Below the pieces are notes generated by a model. That model was given only the letters and a program-made list of their open reading frames with translations, was not told the DNA's origin and made no database searches. Below are positions 17,416-25,147 of a stretch of DNA of 64,000 nucleotides, one piece after another. The stretch spans positions 19,084-83,083 of the forward strand of contig DASUUK010000031.1 in NCBI GenBank assembly GCA_036374135.1, given 5' to 3'. How positions within the stretch are numbered: position 1 is the first letter of the stretch; each line of letters starts with the position of its first letter. The translations under genes and the position numbers were made by a program. This stretch comes from Euzebyales bacterium. Its GTDB lineage: Bacteria > Actinomycetota > Nitriliruptoria > Euzebyales > JAHELV01.

Positions 17416-18590
17416 GGGTTCAGCTCCCGGTCCAGGGTCGACCGGAACCGCGGCGTGACCGCGGTTCCGGTCAAATGGGGTCGTGCACGGGTGAGCTGAT
17501 GCTCGACCGCCGTCCGACCGGCCTGGGTGATGTCGTCGAGCAGCCGGTGGACGATCGAGCCGTCGGGCTGCTGCGTCCATCCGCCGACGACCGCACCGTT
17601 CCACCAGATCGTCGGACCGATGTTGCCCGTGTTGTCGAAGATCGCGTCACGGTGGGCCCCGATGTACCAGTCGCGCGCCGTCCAGCCCATCGGCGTCGGA
17701 TCCAGGCCCGGGAGGAGGGCGGACCAGTCGTCCGGCTCGTCGACAGGGTTGACGTCGTCGGCGAGCACCAGCGCGGGGCTGCCGTCGTCGAGTTCCACGT
17801 CGACCGTGTCGAGCGCGTCGACGGCCCGGCGCGCCCGCGTGCGGGTCCACCCGGTCCACCACACCAGATCGTCGAACGTCGCCGGCCCGAACGCGGCCAA
17901 CCAGTGGCGCGCCATGGTGACGCGCGCGGCATCCGCCGGCACGTCAGCGATCGGACCGCCGAGCCACTGGGTCGTCGGCTCCCAGCGGTACTGGCTGCTC
18001 AGCCACGTTCCGCGTGGTCGTCCGCGCATGATCAGGCCGTCGGCGGCGAGCAGCAGCATCACCCGGCTGGACATCCGCACCTCGGTGCGCCACCGCCCGG
18101 AGCCGACGGTGATCGTTCGTCGCAGGGCCGGGACCAGGTCGGTGAGCTCGGTGGTGTGCGCACCGCCGTTGGCGTTCAGCGCCTCGAGCGCCGCCTCCTC
18201 CAATCCCCGCAGCCACGCCGCCGGGTCGTCGATGCCGTTGGCGTCGATGGCACGCACCATGCGTCGGCGCTCGGTCGCGGCCACGTCATTGGTGCTGGAC
18301 GCCTGGACCGCGGCGGCCAGGTCGACGGGGATCACGAACATCGTCCGGCGCATGCCGAGCATGCGCACCAGCGTGCGGTCGTCATACAACGCTCGCTCGA
18401 CGGCCTCGACCCCTGGCGTGCGCATCCGTTCGGCGGCGGCCAGGTGCACGGTCGCGGGATCGCTGGCATGCAGCGCGACCACGCTCCGCGCGATCGCAAC
18501 GGGGTCGTCGATCCGTGCCGCCGGCACGAGGCGGTGGCGCCACGCGAGCCTCGCGCGGCGTTGTGCGTCACTGATCCGCAGGACGCTCAC
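17412..18590 (-). CDS. winged-helix DNA-binding protein of the AlkZ/YcaQ (DUF1006) DNA glycosylase family
   Basis: This lies within ORF 17412..18707, using the GTG at 18590 (VSVLRISDAQRRARL). Family-like blocks are present: AQRRARLAWRHRL, RTLVRMLGMRRTMFVIP, ARHWLAAFGPATFDDLVWWTGW and LLPGLDPTPMGW. Confidence 0.75.
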   Translation of the reverse strand: MSVLRISDAQRRARLAWRHRLVPAARIDDPVAIARSVVALHASDPATVHLAAAERMRTPGVEAVERALYDDRTLVRMLGMRRTMFVIPVDLAAAVQASSTNDVAATERRRMVRAIDANGIDDPAAWLRGLEEAALEALNANGGAHTTELTDLVPALRRTITVGSGRWRTEVRMSSRVMLLLAADGLIMRGRPRGTWLSSQYRWEPTTQWLGGPIADVPADAARVTMARHWLAAFGPATFDDLVWWTGWTRTRARRAVDALDTVDVELDDGSPALVLADDVNPVDEPDDWSALLPGLDPTPMGWTARDWYIGAHRDAIFDNTGNIGPTIWWNGAVVGGWTQQPDGSIVHRLLDDITQAGRTAVEHQLTRARPHLTGTAVTPRFRSTLDRELNP

Positions 18591-18624
18591 GGTGGTGTCG
18601 GCTCCCGACGGCGGTGCGGACACG

Positions 18625-19242
18625 TCACAACGTGGTGGACTCACCATGGTCGAGCACGGCGACCGTCGCGATGTCGCAGAAGCCGGCGAACAGGTCTGGG
18701 TCGGCAAGGAAGACGTCGTAGTGGATCGGGATGACGGTGCGCGCGCCGGTCTGCTCGACCATCACGTAGGTGTCGCGGAAGCTGACGCTCGGGCCGGCGA
18801 TCGGCGCCGCCAGGATGTCGACCCGCGTGCCACCCGCCTGCACGGCATCACCGGGGTGCAGCAGACGCCCGTCGAGCACGAACCCGGTGTTCGGCGGGCC
18901 GTCTGAGCCGTCGACCATCTGGACGTGGGGCAGATCCAGCGCCGTGATCTCGAAGCCCGCGGCCGAGAACGTCTGGCCGCCGGTGACCTCGGCCGCCTCG
19001 ATGTCGATCTGTCCGCACACGTCGGCGTTGGCGTGCACCGGCAGGCCCCGCTCGGCGATGGCGTCGACGGCGCGCACGTCGCAATGATCGGCGTGACGGT
19101 GCGTGAACAGCACCGCGTCGATCGCGCCGAACGCTTCGAAGGCCATCGCGTCCATCGCGACGTTGCCGGGATCGATGAGCAGGCGTCCGCCGTCGTCGTG
19201 CTCGATCAGGATGCAGGACTGCGGGTACTTGGTCAGTCGCAC
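18625..19242 (-). CDS. MBL-fold metallo-hydrolase
   Basis: This lies within ORF 18625..19329. The GTG at 19242 is preceded by GGGAGGA. It has the metal motif FTHRHADHCD, plus later His/Asp residues (LLHPGD, IPIHYD). Confidence 0.8.
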   Translation of the reverse strand: MRLTKYPQSCILIEHDDGGRLLIDPGNVAMDAMAFEAFGAIDAVLFTHRHADHCDVRAVDAIAERGLPVHANADVCGQIDIEAAEVTGGQTFSAAGFEITALDLPHVQMVDGSDGPPNTGFVLDGRLLHPGDAVQAGGTRVDILAAPIAGPSVSFRDTYVMVEQTGARTVIPIHYDVFLADPDLFAGFCDIATVAVLDHGESTTL

Positions 19243-19325
19243 TGTGGTCCTCCCCGGCGTCCGTGTGGCGGCGGCGCTGTCCTTCGTGGATGCTAACGGT
19301 TCCACGCCACCGGCGGACCGCTCAC

Positions 19326-19559
19326 TCACGCCGTCAGCCGGCCGGGAGCGGCCGCGTCCTCGCCGTCGGTGACGACGGCGAGCAGTTCCGCGCCGGTGGC
19401 GCCGGGCAGGCGGTTCGCCACCACGGACCAGCGCCGTGTGCCACCACGTGCACGCCGGTGCGGGTCGAGCGCCCGGTCGACGGTGTCCATGAGCTCAGCG
19501 ACGTCGTGCCAACCGTCCGCTTCGACGATCACCTTCAGTTCGAACAGTTCAGATGGCAC
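19326..19559 (-). CDS. small hypothetical protein (77 aa)
   Basis: ORF 19326..19559, with a GAGGAC-like RBS upstream. It is on the same strand as the MBL gene, 83 nt upstream of it. I recognise no motif. Confidence 0.4.
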   Translation of the reverse strand: MPSELFELKVIVEADGWHDVAELMDTVDRALDPHRRARGGTRRWSVVANRLPGATGAELLAVVTDGEDAAAPGRLTA

Positions 19560-19624
19560 GGACGTGTCCTCGTCGGGGGCCGGCGGCCCGGGTTGGTCGG
19601 GTGGTCGGATGATGTCGCAGCTGG

Positions 19625-20284
19625 TCAGGCCGCTGACACCTGGTCGTCGATGAAGTGCAGGCTGCGCTGCCAGGCGCGTTCCGCGGCCTCGACGTCGAAG
19701 ACCGCGATGTCGGCGTTGCTGAACCCGTGGCGGGTGCCGGGGTAGTGGTGCGCGACCACGTCGACGTTGCGGTCGCGCAGATCGGCGACCAGGCGTTGTG
19801 GCTCTTCACCGTCCCAGCCGTCGTGCTCCGCCAGGTGCAGGAGCAGCGCCGCGTCGATCGCGTGGCGCTCGTCGTCCGACGGCAGGGCGTAGTAGGCGAC
19901 CGTCGCGTCGACGTGCCCGCCTGCGACGAGCCCGAACCCGAACTCGGCCCCGGTCGAGAACCCCACGAGGACAGCCGGCCCGCGGCGGTGCCCCAGGGTG
20001 TCGAACGCGGTCACGGCTGCCATCAGCACGCGCGTCGCGCGCGCCGCGGTGAGCGTCTCGAGCAGCCGCGAGGCCTCGGCGTCGGATCGCGTGGACGCGC
20101 CCGCGAACAGGTCCGGTGCCACCGCGACGTGGCCGTGCGCAGCCAGTTCATCGCACAGGAAGCGCACGTGGGGCAGCAGCCCGTACGCGTCATGGCAGAC
20201 GAGGACGCGGGCACGCACTGTGCCGTCCGGCTCGGCGACGTACGCCCTGGCGTGCCGCTCGTCCAGACGGATGACCGCACCCAT
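19625..20284 (-). CDS. dienelactone hydrolase family protein
   Basis: ORF 19625..20314. The ATG at 20284 has GGGAGG 6 nt upstream. Alpha/beta-hydrolase features are present: VLVCHDAYGL, VGFSTGA, HHYPGTRHGF. Confidence 0.8.
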   Translation of the reverse strand: MGAVIRLDERHARAYVAEPDGTVRARVLVCHDAYGLLPHVRFLCDELAAHGHVAVAPDLFAGASTRSDAEASRLLETLTAARATRVLMAAVTAFDTLGHRRGPAVLVGFSTGAEFGFGLVAGGHVDATVAYYALPSDDERHAIDAALLLHLAEHDGWDGEEPQRLVADLRDRNVDVVAHHYPGTRHGFSNADIAVFDVEAAERAWQRSLHFIDDQVSAA

Positions 20285-20431
20285 CACCGGACCTCCCGAC
20301 ATGATCGAACACATGTTCGATACGACGGTAGCCGAGGCCGAGATCGCTGTCCAGCCGATGGCCGGTCGGGCGGGGTCTGTTCCGCTGGAGCCTTCGGCCG
20401 ATGCGCCGTTTGGGTGGGGATCGCTCCCCGG

Positions 20432-21019
20432 TCAGTTCATGGACGGATCGTCGGGCACCGTCGTGAACATGCCGCCCTGGCGGGTGAGCACCGAGCGCCA
20501 CAACCCGGCCGGTTCGGCCGCGCGCACATCGGCGGGCTCCGCGTCGACGACGAACCACGCCCCGGACCCGATCTCCTCCTCCAGCTGGTCGGCGGCCCAC
20601 CCGGCGTAGCCGACGAACAGGCGCAGCGCGCGCAGCTGGGTCCGCGCGGTCTCGACGTCGTCGGTCAGGTCGATGACGCCGATGCCGGTGCGCACGGCCT
20701 GCCATCCGGGCAGTTCGACGTCGTCACCGGTCGCCAGCCCGATCACGGTGTCGGGGCCCACCGGTCCGCCGCGGAACATCACGGCAGGTGGCGACAGCAG
20801 CGGCGCCCAGCGCGCCAGGCGGTCGGGCAGGTCGGCGACGCCGGGGCGGTTGAGCACGATCCCGGCCGCGCCGGCACCTGGATCGTGGGCCAGGACCAGC
20901 ACCACGCTGCGATGGAAGCTGCCGTCGGTCAGGTCGTGCGAGGCCACGACCAGACGACCCGTCAGTGGACCCACGGGGTGTTCGCGCGGTGCGCAGAGGT
21001 GGGGCCGGCAGTGATGCAC
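20432..21019 (-). CDS. YqgE/AlgH family protein (UPF0301)
   Basis: ORF 20432..21019. Family blocks are present: SFHRSVVLVLAHD..GAAGIVLNRP, FRGGPVGPD and FVGYAGWAADQLEEEI..GAW. The start is uncertain: GTG 21019 or GTG 20974. Confidence 0.85.
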   Translation of the reverse strand: MHHCRPHLCAPREHPVGPLTGRLVVASHDLTDGSFHRSVVLVLAHDPGAGAAGIVLNRPGVADLPDRLARWAPLLSPPAVMFRGGPVGPDTVIGLATGDDVELPGWQAVRTGIGVIDLTDDVETARTQLRALRLFVGYAGWAADQLEEEIGSGAWFVVDAEPADVRAAEPAGLWRSVLTRQGGMFTTVPDDPSMN

Positions 21020-21023
21020 ATGG

Positions 21024-21337
21024 TCAGCGCTGATCCGACGAGTGGCCGGGAAGCAGCCGCGCCGAGGGATCGACGACGGTCGCGGCGTTGTTGACGGCGA
21101 TCGCCTGAACGGGAAGCATCCGGCGCTCGTCCGCGAGGTCGTCGAGTCGCGGCACGAAGTACATCAGGCCGCGCCCCTCCCAGTCCCCGGAGTCCGGCGG
21201 GGGGCGCTCCGGCCGCGAGTCGAGAATGCCACGCTCATCCCGCGGAATCCGGCATAGTAGGCGGCGTACAGGCCGGCGGGGCCGGCGCCGATGATCAGCA
21301 GGTCACGCTCGTGCATCTTGCTCGTCACGTACCGCAT
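21024..21337 (-). pseudogene. remnant of a ferredoxin-NADP+ reductase / thioredoxin-reductase-like flavoprotein gene
   Basis: ORF 21164..21397 contains an intact N-terminus, [30 protein letters not shown], then loses the frame. In another frame the sequence continues ILDSRPE....[23 protein letters not shown]. That resembles the mid-protein WEGRGVHY block, so there appears to be an internal deletion plus a frameshift. About 100 codons remain where roughly 330 are expected. Confidence 0.5.
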
Positions 21338-21477
21338 CCTTCCCGTTGGCGTGGCTGCGCGGTCGTGCCCTGGAACGCGGCCCGGGGCGATTGTCACACG
21401 CCTGCAATGTGCGGTCGAGGTCGCTGAAACATCACCGCGGTATCGTCAAGCCAACATCACTTTCGGTAGGAACGACC

Positions 21478-22179
21478 ATGCACTACGTGCTCCGGGTGTC
21501 GCTTCCCGACAGACCGGGATCGCTCCACGCGCTCACCGGCGCGTGTGTCGCTGCGGGCGCTGACATCGTGTCGCTCGACGTCATCGAGCGCAGCGGCGGC
21601 ATCGCGGTCGACGACCTGTGCGTCACCCGCGTCACGGACGCTGATGATCTGCGACGACGAATCGATGATCTGCCCGGCACCGTGGTCGCGTCGCTGCGGC
21701 CCGTCGCCACGGCGCGAGACGACGACGGCGTCATCGCCCTCGCGGCGGCGATGGTCGCCGACGGGCGCGGCGCCGTCCGCCTGCTGGTCGACCGCCTGCC
21801 GGGCGCGCTGTGGGCGTCGTGGTCGGTCGCGGTCGCCAACGGCTGGAGCGGGCTGGAGGTGCTGGCCGCCAGCACGGGCGCGCTGGCGCCGACGGCCGGC
21901 GGGTGGTTGCCGCTGACGACGCCGCGCCGGCTGGAGTTGTCCGATCTGCTGGGTGACGCCGCGCACGCACACGAGGACCTCGAGATCGCCGCGGCACCGC
22001 TCGGCCAACCGGCATCGGCCGTCATCGTGGCCCGGCGCGGTGGTCCGAGGTTCGTGGAACGCGAACTGCGCCAGCTGAAGCTGCTCGCGGAGGTCGCGCT
22101 CGCCACCGAGGTCGCCCACACACCGCGCCGACCGGTGGAGCGCATGGCGCCGACACAGTGGGCGCGCGCCCAGCCCTAG
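21478..22179 (+). CDS. ACT domain-containing protein with uncharacterised (GAF-like?) C-terminal half
   Basis: This uses the ATG at 21478 within ORF 21346..22179. The N-terminus, YVLRVSLPDRPGSLHALTGACVAAGADIVSLDV, is a typical ACT beta-alpha-beta start. Confidence 0.65.
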   Translation: MHYVLRVSLPDRPGSLHALTGACVAAGADIVSLDVIERSGGIAVDDLCVTRVTDADDLRRRIDDLPGTVVASLRPVATARDDDGVIALAAAMVADGRGAVRLLVDRLPGALWASWSVAVANGWSGLEVLAASTGALAPTAGGWLPLTTPRRLELSDLLGDAAHAHEDLEIAAAPLGQPASAVIVARRGGPRFVERELRQLKLLAEVALATEVAHTPRRPVERMAPTQWARAQP

Positions 22180-22246
22180 GCGTCACAGGGTGGGCGCCCG
22201 CCGCTGCGGGGTCGTACGCTGTGGATCCGCCGACGAGGAGGCCACC

Positions 22247-23026
22247 GTGGAGGCGATCGAGGCGCTGGCGCGCGCCAGGCGGCAGGGCAGGCGGGTCGCT
22301 CTCGTGACAGTGCTCGCCGTGGAGGGCGACGCGCCGTCGCACCCCGGCGCCAAGCTGCTCGCGGACACGTCCGGTGCCATCGCCGGCACGCTGGGATGCT
22401 CCGAGTTCGACACCGCCGGAGTCGAGCTGGCGCGGCAGGCGCTGGCCGGCCGCCGCACCGTCCGTGAGCGGCTGCAGTTCGGCGGCCACGGGCGCGAGCG
22501 CGCGATCGAGCTGTTCGCCGAGGTGGTCGAGCCCGATCCGGGGATCGTGGTCGTCGGCGCGAACCCCGTCGGACGGGCGCTCGCCGATGTCGCGATCGCC
22601 GTCGGGCGGCGGGTCCGGCTGGTCGCGACGGCGGGGGGCGACGTCGGCGAGCGCCCCGGCATGGAGGTCGTCATCGGCGATCCCGCCGACTACCTGCGGA
22701 CACAGTCACTGGCACCCACGGACGCCCTGGTTGTCAGCGATCACGACGCGCCGTGGGTGGACGACGTGCTCGAGCTCGCACTGACGGGCGACGCCGCGTT
22801 CGTGGGCATGCTGGGCAGTCGCCGGCACGCGCCGGAGGCGGTGAGCCGCCTGCGCGAACGCGGCGTGGATCCACGGGCGCTGGGGCGGCTGCACTCGCCG
22901 TGCGGGCTGGACATCGGCAGCCGCACCCCCGGTGAGATCGCGCTGTCGATCGTCGCCGAGATCATCGCGGCCGAGCGCGAACGGGACGGTGGCCCGATGA
23001 CGATCGACTGGTCAACCCGCGACTGA
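22247..23026 (+). CDS. XdhC/CoxI family molybdoenzyme maturation protein
   Basis: This lies within ORF 22190..23026. The GTG at 22247 is preceded by GAGGAGG. It has an N-terminal XdhC block, RVALVTVLAVEGDAPSHPGAKLL. It also has the Rossmann-like IVVVGANPVGRALA and a C-terminal PCGLDIGSRTPGEIALSIVAEI. Confidence 0.8.
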   Translation: MEAIEALARARRQGRRVALVTVLAVEGDAPSHPGAKLLADTSGAIAGTLGCSEFDTAGVELARQALAGRRTVRERLQFGGHGRERAIELFAEVVEPDPGIVVVGANPVGRALADVAIAVGRRVRLVATAGGDVGERPGMEVVIGDPADYLRTQSLAPTDALVVSDHDAPWVDDVLELALTGDAAFVGMLGSRRHAPEAVSRLRERGVDPRALGRLHSPCGLDIGSRTPGEIALSIVAEIIAAERERDGGPMTIDWSTRD

Positions 23027-23734
23027 CGTCACGGCCGTCCGTCGGAACGCGCGCGACACGGCCGCGATCACCTCGTCGTCGGATGGCCCCTGTTCGCTGA
23101 TGTCGGCCAGGCCGACGGCGGCGCCGCAGATCTCGTCGTCGTCCGGGTCGGCGCCGAGCGCGGCCAGCAGCGTCTGCGGACGCCAGCTCCGCAGCAGGCC
23201 ACACTGCACCATCGCGCCGTGGCGCCGCCGCCGTTGCGCCAGCCCGACGAGCTTGCGCCCGTGCCAGAACACCTCGCCCCGTCCGCGAGTGGCGTAGCAG
23301 ACCGCCGCCAGCAGCTGCTCGCGGGCGGATCCGCGCCGTCGTGCCGTGGACGGGCCGTCGTGGACCGTCAGCCCGGTGACGCCGAGGTCGCGCAGACCGT
23401 CCTGCCACGCCGTGCCCACGTGGTCGAACGCCTCGGTCAGTCGCCCCGATCCCCAGGGATGGCCCGCCGGCAGCAGAACGTCCAGCGCCAGCACGTCGGG
23501 CGAGAGCCACACGGCGCCGCCACCGGAGAAGCGGCTGACGACCGCGCTGCCGACGTCACTCAGCCGCACGTTCCCCTGTCCCCGCCCGAGCACGATCGCC
23601 GCCGCCGTGCTGCGGTACCAGCGCAGCGTGGGTACCGGCAGGTCCGCCAGTGCGTCGAACGCGGCGACGCCGTCGTCGAGCAGCGTCGCCGCGTCGTCGA
23701 CCTGCAGGGGCAGGACCCGCCACGCCTCCGTCAT
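23012..23734 (-). CDS. biotin/lipoate A/B protein ligase family protein (LplA-like)
   Basis: This is the C-terminal 240 aa of ORF 23012..24259. The ATG at 23734 overlaps the MFS gene stop (ATGA). It has RWYRSTAAAIVLGRGQ and a catalytic-lysine block, HGRKLVGLAQRR. Its 3' end overlaps the convergent XdhC 3' end by 15 nt. Confidence 0.7.
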   Translation of the reverse strand: MTEAWRVLPLQVDDAATLLDDGVAAFDALADLPVPTLRWYRSTAAAIVLGRGQGNVRLSDVGSAVVSRFSGGGAVWLSPDVLALDVLLPAGHPWGSGRLTEAFDHVGTAWQDGLRDLGVTGLTVHDGPSTARRRGSAREQLLAAVCYATRGRGEVFWHGRKLVGLAQRRRRHGAMVQCGLLRSWRPQTLLAALGADPDDDEICGAAVGLADISEQGPSDDEVIAAVSRAFRRTAVTSVAG

Positions 23735-24942
23735 GCCGTGGCAACCGCTGTGCCCAACCGCGCGCGTCGGAGCGCGAGCGCCGTCCCGAGGCCGGCCAGG
23801 TGGGTGACCGCCGCCGCGATCAGTCCGACCTGGTAGGCGCCCGTCACGTCGACCGACCATCCGAAGGCGGGCGCGCCGACCCCGAGGCCGACGAGGAACC
23901 CGAACATCACGATGCCCGAGCCCGCGCCCGCGGCACGCTCCGGCAGGCGGGCGATGACCGCGAACATGCCGACCGAGTTCCACGATCCCGAGCTGCCGCC
24001 CAGTGCGGCGGCGCCGAGCCACAGCAGCGGCGGCACCCGTGACGACGCGATGATCGCGCCGACGGCCGCGACGCTGATGGCGGCCAGGATCGCCAGCGTG
24101 CGCGGTGCGTCGCTGCGATGCTCGGCGAACCAGCTCCAGCCGATGCGTCCGGCGACGCCGAACAGCCCCGCGGCGGACACCAGCAGCCCGGCGATCCTGG
24201 GATCCCATCCGAGCGCGGTGCGACCGTAGTCGGGCAGGTAGGTGAACACCGCCGACCAACCGGCACCCATCAGGAACCCGTACGTGGCGAGCCGCAGCAG
24301 GAACGGCGAGCGCGCCAGCGTGCCCCGGTCCATACCGTCGTCGGACCCCGACGGTATGCGGTCGTCATCGCCTGTCGGCAGGATGCGGCGACTGAACGCC
24401 AACCCGACGATCGGCGCCAGCGCGGCGAGGAGCAGCGTCGGACGCCACCCGATCGTCTCGGCGCCGAGCGGCAGCAGCGATCCGCCGAGGAACACGCCGA
24501 CCTGCACGCCGGACTGCTTGATCCCGGTCAGCGCTCCACGCCCGCCGTCGACGCCGTGCAGCGAGATCAGCTTGTTCGTCGCAGGGTTGGCCATGGACTG
24601 GGCGCCGCCTGCCGTCAACGCCGCGACCATCACCAGCGCGTAGACCGGTGACAGCGCGATGGCCGCCAACGCGGCCCCACTGAGGCCGAGCGTGACCAGC
24701 AGGGCGTTGCGGCCACCGATCCGGTCGCTGATGCGACCCATCGGCGGGGACAGCACCGCGCCGACGACGGCGGCCGTGGTCACCAGCGCGCCCAGTTGCC
24801 AGCGCTGCAGGCGGAAGGCGTCGAGCAGGGCACCGGACAGCACGGAGAACGTCGTGAACGCGAAGGTCGACGACGCCATCGTGACGGCCAGCAGCGCGGC
24901 GAACCCGGCGCGGTGCGGTGTGGCCCCGGAGGCCGTGGTCAC
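23731..24942 (-). CDS. MFS transporter
   Basis: This lies within ORF 23731..25146. It is a 12-TM type protein with the MFS loop motif GRISDRIGGRNALL. The start is uncertain. I chose the GTG at 24942, 10 aa before TM1. Confidence 0.75.
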   Translation of the reverse strand: MTTASGATPHRAGFAALLAVTMASSTFAFTTFSVLSGALLDAFRLQRWQLGALVTTAAVVGAVLSPPMGRISDRIGGRNALLVTLGLSGAALAAIALSPVYALVMVAALTAGGAQSMANPATNKLISLHGVDGGRGALTGIKQSGVQVGVFLGGSLLPLGAETIGWRPTLLLAALAPIVGLAFSRRILPTGDDDRIPSGSDDGMDRGTLARSPFLLRLATYGFLMGAGWSAVFTYLPDYGRTALGWDPRIAGLLVSAAGLFGVAGRIGWSWFAEHRSDAPRTLAILAAISVAAVGAIIASSRVPPLLWLGAAALGGSSGSWNSVGMFAVIARLPERAAGAGSGIVMFGFLVGLGVGAPAFGWSVDVTGAYQVGLIAAAVTHLAGLGTALALRRARLGTAVATA

Positions 24943-25147
24943 GCCGGACCGCCCGCCGCCACTGGCGGACGCGACAGCGGCGGTCGGTCGCTGGGCATTG
25001 CGGCCACCGTACCCGCACCGGTGGCCTGCGACGCGCCGGCGTGCAACCGCTACGGTGCTGACGTTCCCACCCCGTCGTCGCGGCGCGGTGGTTCGACCTG
25101 CCGCCGACGCCGGTGGCGCCACCCGACGACGGAGGAGGACGATCACC

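Noticed and set aside
24943-25147. Possible c-di-AMP (ydaO-type) or other riboswitch in the 205 nt upstream of ktrB.
   Set aside because: I could not find the conserved ydaO/c-di-AMP riboswitch sequence blocks as I recall them. The region may also be coding for the MFS N-terminus if an upstream start is used. A covariance-model scan (Rfam RF00379) would be decisive.
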